Positions 58,691-64,000 of a DNA stretch of 64,000 bases are shown piece by piece. The notes under the pieces are model-generated. The model made no database searches. It was not told the origin of the DNA and saw nothing but the letters and a program-made list of their open reading frames with translations. Each line of letters opens with the position of its first letter. Position 1 is the first letter of the stretch. Position numbers and translations under genes: made by a program. The stretch covers positions 8,607-72,606 of the forward strand of contig JUEF01000126.1 of the NCBI GenBank assembly GCA_000802045.1, written 5' to 3'. Origin of the DNA: Peptococcaceae bacterium BICA1-8. Lineage in GTDB: Bacteria; Bacillota; Peptococcia; Peptococcales; BICA1-8.

Positions 58691-59338
58691 ATGCGACAGA
58701 AGTTCCATAATTTTATCAATATATTTGATCCAGAAGAGAGTTTATCTTTAAGTTTATTTAACTCTGAGGGTTTTTACTGGCTAACATCTGCAACTGCAAT
58801 TGCTTTTGCAGCAGAAGAATTGCTAAAATACCAAGAAAAATTCCCTAATGCTTTTCTAAAACCCGTTAAACCTATGAGTAGTGAGCCCTTAATCAAGTTT
58901 TTTCAAGAAAGTGTAAAGTCAGGAGAGACTACTGACCAGGTAAAAAAGGAAGCTCAAGAGGCAACCTTATACAATCTTGGAATTTTGGTATCTTTTGCGA
59001 AAAATTCCCTAACCTTTAATCCTGTAGCAGGCTTAATATTAGGCAAAACATTCGCAACATATTGGCTTATATATAAGCTGATAGAGTTAGAATGGCAGCA
59101 GATTCTAAATCTTGAGGAAACTAATGAAACCTACCTTTTACTGGATGCAGTTATTCTTGATCACGAAGAGTTAGACAATCTGGAAAGGCACTGTTTAGAT
59201 GGAAATATCAGTCGGGACGACAGGGTTTATTTAAGTAGTCATTGGGAGAGAGTTAAATATTTCTGGGCAAATCTCCATGAGGACCTTCAGTTATTAACAG
59301 CGGGATATATAAAATTCGATCCACCCAATAAAAGATAA
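58691..59338 (+). CDS. Hypothetical protein
   Basis: 215-aa ORF with RBS; no recognised motif. Confidence 0.65.
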   Translation: MRQKFHNFINIFDPEESLSLSLFNSEGFYWLTSATAIAFAAEELLKYQEKFPNAFLKPVKPMSSEPLIKFFQESVKSGETTDQVKKEAQEATLYNLGILVSFAKNSLTFNPVAGLILGKTFATYWLIYKLIELEWQQILNLEETNETYLLLDAVILDHEELDNLERHCLDGNISRDDRVYLSSHWERVKYFWANLHEDLQLLTAGYIKFDPPNKR

Positions 59339-59353
59339 AAAGAATTAAATATT

Positions 59354-59450
59354 AACTAGGGGAGCTTATAAGAGTATAGGCTGAGAAAAAACCACACTGA
59401 AGGTTTTTGACCCTTTGGACCTGATCTGGTTAATACCAGCGTGGGGAAGT
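59354..59450 (+). ncRNA. TPP riboswitch
   Basis: AGGGGAGC...GCTGAGA...GACCCTT.GGACCTGATCTGGTTAATACCAGCGTGGGGAA. Confidence 0.95.
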
Positions 59451-59466
59451 GAGTGAGATATTGATA

Positions 59467-59500
59467 AAAACCTCCTTCTTTCTATGTAAGGAGGTTTTTT
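59467..59500 (+). terminator. TPP riboswitch terminator
   Basis: AAAACCTCCTT...AAGGAGGTTTTTT. Confidence 0.8.
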
Positions 59501-59527
59501 GTATACTTGTTTATTATTTGAGAGGGG

Positions 59528-60292
59528 ATGATGATAACGGAAGTAAAATTAAAGGATATTTTTTATAGGTACCAGGAAATGGAGCATCCGATCTTTGACG
59601 GACTGTCCCTTATTGTGCAAAGTGGAGAATTTGTTACTTTAGTTGGACCTAGCGGATGCGGGAAAACAACACTGTTGGAAATCATAGCGGGATTAATCGC
59701 GGATTTTTCAGGAGATATTTACCTAGATGGAGCCAAGAAAATGCCTTTAGGACAGGTCAGCTTGATGCCCCAGGAAGATTTGCTCTTACCTTGGCGGACC
59801 GTACTGGAAAATGGCTCCCTACCTTTAGAGCTAAAAGGACAAAGACAAAGTGATGCAAACCAGCAGGTTCGAAATTTGCTTAGAGAGTTTGGATTGGATG
59901 GTTTTGAGAATTACTATCCCCATCAGCTATCCGGCGGCATGCGTCAGAGAGTTGCCTTTTTACGAAGTATTTTAACTGGTCATAGAGTATTGCTCCTTGA
60001 TGAACCTTTCAGTGCATTAGATGCATTAACTAGGCTAAAAATGCAGGAATGGCTGATAACTATGTGGCAGAAATTCCAACCGACCATAATTTTTATAACC
60101 CATGATGTGGAAGAAGCAATATTTTTAGGGCAAAGCATATATATATTCTCGATGGTTCCTAATAGAAAGCTAAAGCATTATCCAGTTTCCTTTGCTTATC
60201 CTAGAAATCGCTCTCTTTTAGGCAACCCGGATTTTGTCCAGTTAAGGCAGCAAATTTTGGCTGACATGGTCTGGGGAGGTGCTCATGAATAA
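59528..60292 (+). CDS. ABC ATPase, thiamine-precursor (HMP) uptake, ThiZ-like
   Basis: GPSGCGKTT, LLPWRT, LSGGMRQR; downstream of TPP riboswitch. Confidence 0.88.
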   Translation: MMITEVKLKDIFYRYQEMEHPIFDGLSLIVQSGEFVTLVGPSGCGKTTLLEIIAGLIADFSGDIYLDGAKKMPLGQVSLMPQEDLLLPWRTVLENGSLPLELKGQRQSDANQQVRNLLREFGLDGFENYYPHQLSGGMRQRVAFLRSILTGHRVLLLDEPFSALDALTRLKMQEWLITMWQKFQPTIIFITHDVEEAIFLGQSIYIFSMVPNRKLKHYPVSFAYPRNRSLLGNPDFVQLRQQILADMVWGGAHE

Positions 60293-61070
60293 CTTAAAAA
60301 AAACAATAATAAATAAAATCGGTATAGTGTCTGGTTTCCTTTTTCTAGCTGTCTGGGAATTGCTGGTGGTCCTCTTAAAAATACCTATATTTATTTTGCC
60401 GCCTCCTAGTAGAGTTTTTGCAGCTTTATGGTCCCTTAAAAAAGTGCTTTTTATAACCCATTTACCAGTTACATTAGTGGAGGTTATTACCGGCTTAGTA
60501 ATTTCGATAATTATTTCTATTATTTTATCTTTACTTATGCTCAAGGCGCCCATCTTAGAAAGGAGTATTTATCCCTTTTTGGTAGCCTCTCAGACTATAC
60601 CTATTATAGTTTTATCGCCTGTGGTTATTATGTGGTTTGGTTATGGCTTGCCAGGGAAAGTTGCTATAACAATTTTGATCACTTTTTTCCCGATAGTGGT
60701 AAATACTTATGACGGTTTGAAGAATGTGGACTATCGCTATATAAATCTTCTAAAGACTATGGGGGCAAATGCTCAGCAGATTTTCTGGAAGGTAAGGGTT
60801 CCTGCGGCGTTACCCGGGTTTTTCACAGGCTTGAAGGTAGGTGCTGCGGTAAGTGTTATTGGGGCTGTAATTGGCGAATGGTTAGGGGGGAACACTGGCT
60901 TAGGGGTTTTCAGCAGACGGATGGCCAGCAATCTCCAGGCTGATGCAGTATTTGCTGCAGTCTTAATTCTTGCCATGTTAGGCATGGGTCTTTTTCAATT
61001 CGTAAAGGTTTTGGAGCGGCGCTTAATGCCCTGGTATTTTCAAACTAAAGAAAATAGGAGTGAAAGATGA
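60285..61070 (+). CDS. ABC permease, ThiX-like
   Basis: ILPPPS, FFPI, AVIGEW. Confidence 0.88.
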   Translation: MNNLKKTIINKIGIVSGFLFLAVWELLVVLLKIPIFILPPPSRVFAALWSLKKVLFITHLPVTLVEVITGLVISIIISIILSLLMLKAPILERSIYPFLVASQTIPIIVLSPVVIMWFGYGLPGKVAITILITFFPIVVNTYDGLKNVDYRYINLLKTMGANAQQIFWKVRVPAALPGFFTGLKVGAAVSVIGAVIGEWLGGNTGLGVFSRRMASNLQADAVFAAVLILAMLGMGLFQFVKVLERRLMPWYFQTKENRSER

Positions 61071-62038
61071 TGAAAAAAGTGTTGATTATTTTTATTGTGA
61101 TAGTTTTAATATTTGGCTTAGCAGCTTGTACTCAGAAGGAAGAACAAAAAGGGCTGCAGGAAGTAACGGTTATGTTGGATTGGTATCCTAATGCTGTCCA
61201 TTCTTTTCTCTATGCTGCCTTAAATAAAGGATATTTTGCTGAAGAAGGTCTTAGTGTCAAGATTCTTATGCCTGCTGATACTAGTGACCCCTTGAAATTA
61301 GTTGCTGCAGGACAAACAGATTTTGCTATCAGCTATCAACCCCAGCTTGTTATGGCGCGGGCTCAAGATATCCCTGTAGTTTCAGTAGCGTCTATAGTAA
61401 ATCATCCTTTGAATACTATAATGGTTGGGGCTTCCGATAATATAAAAAGGCCTAAGGACTTAGAGGGTAAAACTGTAGGCTATTCTTTACCTGTATATGA
61501 GGCTATAGTAAAAACTGCAGTTAAAAATGATGGCGGGGATATTTCTAAGCTAAGTCTAATTGATATAGGATGGGATTTAATACCAGCAATGGTAACTAAG
61601 AAGGTCAATGCCATTAGTGGTGGATTTATCAACCACGAAAAGATACTTATTGAGAAGGAAGGGTATAATGTTAACATAATTGACCCTGTTCAGTATGGTG
61701 TTCCTGATTATTATGAATTGATTTTAATTACCAGTGAGAAATTATTCCAGGAGAATAAGGAACTGGCTAATAAGTTTTGGCAAGCAGTCAAGAAAGGGCA
61801 GTCATATGTCCGGGATAATCCTAGCGAAGGACTTCAATTACTCCTTGATAACCAAAACGATCAGTTTCCCTTGGATGCTGAGGTAGAAAAAGAGAGTCTA
61901 GAGATATTGCTGCCATTAATGCAGGATTTTGGCAAGCAGGAGCTTAAAGGGTGGCAAGAGGTAATCGAATGGATGTATGAGTTAGAACTTATTGATAAAA
62001 AACCAGAAGCGGAGAAAGCATTTATTGACCTAAAGTAG
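61067..62038 (+). CDS. NMT1/THI5-like substrate-binding lipoprotein, ThiY-like
   Basis: Lipobox LAAC; LDWYPNAVH, SYQP, YGVPDYYE. Confidence 0.88.
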   Translation: MMKKVLIIFIVIVLIFGLAACTQKEEQKGLQEVTVMLDWYPNAVHSFLYAALNKGYFAEEGLSVKILMPADTSDPLKLVAAGQTDFAISYQPQLVMARAQDIPVVSVASIVNHPLNTIMVGASDNIKRPKDLEGKTVGYSLPVYEAIVKTAVKNDGGDISKLSLIDIGWDLIPAMVTKKVNAISGGFINHEKILIEKEGYNVNIIDPVQYGVPDYYELILITSEKLFQENKELANKFWQAVKKGQSYVRDNPSEGLQLLLDNQNDQFPLDAEVEKESLEILLPLMQDFGKQELKGWQEVIEWMYELELIDKKPEAEKAFIDLK

Positions 62039-62042
62039 GTAC

Positions 62043-62152
62043 GGGACACACCTTTAATGTGGAATAGCTTTGTAGTGAAGGAATGTCCCGAATTAATGGG
62101 ACACACCTCCGATGTGGAACTGCTTTATGGTAAAGGAATGGCCCGAACTAAT
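62043..62152. repeat. Two tandem 55-bp units, each an imperfect hairpin
   Basis: GGGACACACCT...AAGGAATG(T/G)CCCGAA(T/C)TAAT at 62043 and 62098. Confidence 0.85.
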
Positions 62153-62244
62153 ACTAAAATATGGCAACAACTAGTACCCAAAGAAAAGTTGGGGCGGTGC
62201 GAATATCTATAATGTACAAAAAACGTCAGGAGGTAAGATGCATT

Positions 62245-63207
62245 ATGAAAAGGTTGTTGTCTATATTTTGTTTTAGGGCGTTTGATATTCGGATAAGCAA
62301 AGTGTTTTTGCTTGCGGTGCTAGTATTAGCTGTTTGGACAAGCACTAGTATGGCGGCAGTTTCCGGCGAGGTGGATTTAGAAAAGCAAATGCTGGATTTA
62401 GTAAATAAAGAAAGAGTAGAGGTAGGCTTGGCGCCACTCAAAATGGATGCCAAACTGGTTGATGTAGCAAGGTTAAAGTCCCAGGATATGATTGATAAAA
62501 ACTATTTCTCCCATACCTCCCCTACCTATGGTGATCCTTTTGCGATGATGAAGGATTATGGTGTGGAGTACTCGATGGCAGGGGAAAATCTAGCAGGTAA
62601 TTCCAGCTTGCCGGGGGCTCATGAGGCATTGATGAACTCGCCGGGGCATAGAGCAAATATTCTCAAGCCGGAATTTACCCATGTGGGAATAGGTGTTGTT
62701 AAGGGTGGCCCTTATGGCATGATGATTACGCAAATGTTTATTAAATCCCGGAGTGAAGGTTCTGCTTCTTTGCCAGTAAAAGTTCAAGAAATCCCAAGTC
62801 CAGCACCAATTATTAATGAGAAAATCAATAACACACAGATTCAACCGAAAAACGATGATTTGCAGATTTTCTATAATGGTAAAAAAATTAGTTTTCCCGA
62901 TATAGAGCCCTACATAAATGAAAACCAAAGAATAATGGTGCCTTTAAGATTTATATCCCAAGAATTAGGTTATCGGGTAGATTGGGAAGTAGTCGATCAA
63001 AAAATTATTATTAAAAAGAACGAAGATAGCATGAATTTATGGATAGGTAAAAAGCTTGTTTTAAAAAATAACCAACTCTTAATGGGTGATTCTTCGCCAG
63101 AAATATACAAAAATCGTACAATGGTACCATTGAGATTAGTATCAGGGCTTTTAGGGTGCGAGGTCGTTTGGTATCCTACCCTTAATAAGGCTGAAATTAA
63201 CTTATAA
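62245..63207 (+). CDS. CAP/SCP domain protein with copper-amine-oxidase N-terminal-like (stalk) domain
   Basis: KSQDM...YFSHTSPTYG...GENLA...SPGHRANIL; two R(I/T)MVPLR motifs. Confidence 0.88.
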   Translation: MKRLLSIFCFRAFDIRISKVFLLAVLVLAVWTSTSMAAVSGEVDLEKQMLDLVNKERVEVGLAPLKMDAKLVDVARLKSQDMIDKNYFSHTSPTYGDPFAMMKDYGVEYSMAGENLAGNSSLPGAHEALMNSPGHRANILKPEFTHVGIGVVKGGPYGMMITQMFIKSRSEGSASLPVKVQEIPSPAPIINEKINNTQIQPKNDDLQIFYNGKKISFPDIEPYINENQRIMVPLRFISQELGYRVDWEVVDQKIIIKKNEDSMNLWIGKKLVLKNNQLLMGDSSPEIYKNRTMVPLRLVSGLLGCEVVWYPTLNKAEINL

Positions 63208-63213
63208 TAATTT

Positions 63214-63253
63214 AAAAAGCGTTCCTCTCAAAAACGGGGGGAGTGCTTTTTTA
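63214..63253 (+). terminator. Intrinsic terminator
   Basis: AAAAAGCGTTCCTCTC...GGGGGGAGTGCTTTTTT. Confidence 0.6.
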
Positions 63254-63364
63254 TAATTTGACTAGAGTAGCCTATGGCCTATAGCTGTTAAAATATTGCA
63301 TCAGATACAGGCAGGATATTTCATAGTCCACTGGCATAATACTAATTCCAGCTGTATTATCGAT

Positions 63365-63387
63365 TAGACGAATTAGACTAATAGACG
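63365..63387 (+). repeat. TAGAC octamer-period repeat, near-identical to 31396-31417
   Basis: TAGACGAATTAGACTAATAGACG. Confidence 0.65.
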
Positions 63388-63510
63388 TGAAAAAACTATG
63401 TACGGGTTTGGGGAATTTGTGATAAGCTATTTAAAAAAGAATATATAAACTTACTATAATAATTTTAGATACAAAAGGGTGAAGACGTTTTTTAAAGGAG
63501 GACTTTAAAA

Positions 63511-63744
63511 GTGAAAAAACTTTATCGTTCAGTTAATGACAAAAAACTCTTTGGAGTCTGTGGGGGATTGGCCAAATATTTTAACATAGACACAACTATT
63601 TTAAGGCTTGCTTGGGTTGTATTATCTTTAATACCTGTTGTTGGGCCCTTTTTGGGTATTTTAACATATATTATCTGCGGTATAGTAATTCCTACCGAGC
63701 CCGACTATATAGATATTACCGATATAAAGGATATGGACGAATAG
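63511..63744 (+). CDS. pspC: PspC domain protein
   Basis: KKLYRS.NDKKLFGVCGGLAKYF. Confidence 0.9.
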   Translation: MKKLYRSVNDKKLFGVCGGLAKYFNIDTTILRLAWVVLSLIPVVGPFLGILTYIICGIVIPTEPDYIDITDIKDMDE

Positions 63745-63759
63745 TAGGAGGTGTTTTAG

Positions 63760-64000
63760 TTGCTTGGCAAATTATACGGTATCGGAGTGGGTCCGGGAGA
63801 CCCTGAATTATTAACCTTAAAAGCTGTAAGAATATTAGAAAATATTGATTATTTGTGTTACCCTATTTCTCAGCCGGGCAAACCAAGTATTGCGCTGGAA
63901 ATTGCCGCAGGGGCGGTAAGAAAGCATTGGTTTGTTACCGAACTTTATTTACCTATGACTAGGGATGAATCTGTGTTGGAAGAACACTGGCAGGAAGCCG
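63760..64000 (+). CDS. cobI: Precorrin-2 C20-methyltransferase (runs off window end)
   Basis: AGGAGGTG RBS, TTG start; LGKLYGIGVGPGDPELLTLKA...PMTRD. Confidence 0.9.
   Translation, partial: MLGKLYGIGVGPGDPELLTLKAVRILENIDYLCYPISQPGKPSIALEIAAGAVRKHWFVTELYLPMTRDESVLEEHWQEA

Noticed and set aside
517-62928. Many short antisense or alternate-frame ORFs in the track (e.g. 9470-9889, 35607-36059, 43582-44058)
   Set aside because: They overlap well-supported genes and lack RBS or motifs; shadow ORFs
63260-63760. Cobalamin riboswitch upstream of cobI
   Set aside because: No GGGAA / GCCACTG / AGYCAG core arrangement seen

Overview
A 64-kb chromosomal window from a low-GC, probably spore-forming anaerobic Firmicute (Clostridia/Peptococcaceae-like; inferred from gene content and Shine-Dalgarno style). 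1-18.6 kb is a mosaic of unrelated single genes with scattered repeat relics. 18.8-32.3 kb holds envelope and housekeeping genes: M23 peptidase, msrA, MATE/MarR, L,D-transpeptidase, SAM-I riboswitch-controlled metQNI, an ABC exporter and EamA. 32.5-55 kb is a large catabolic locus. It starts with a chimeric dgoD pseudogene and an IlvD/Edd dehydratase-eda-kdgK module. It continues with a TRAP transporter, a CoA-dependent enzyme set with ETF and a membrane Fe-S oxidoreductase, an orphan SdhA-like flavoprotein, and LacI and IclR regulators with recognisable operators. 55-64 kb has a two-component system, small hypothetical genes, a TPP riboswitch with a thiXYZ-like ABC transporter, a CAP protein, pspC and the start of cobI/cbiL. 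No intact transposase, phage, CRISPR-Cas, tRNA or rRNA was seen. The most unusual signals are two ~31-33-bp phased intergenic repeat arrays, one forming a ~245-nt nested hairpin inside the met operon. Also notable are the LacI-regulated CoA/ETF cluster embedded in a sugar-acid locus and an unannotated 41-aa ORF bracketed by two Fur-box-like sites. All functional calls are by motif recognition by eye, without database searches.
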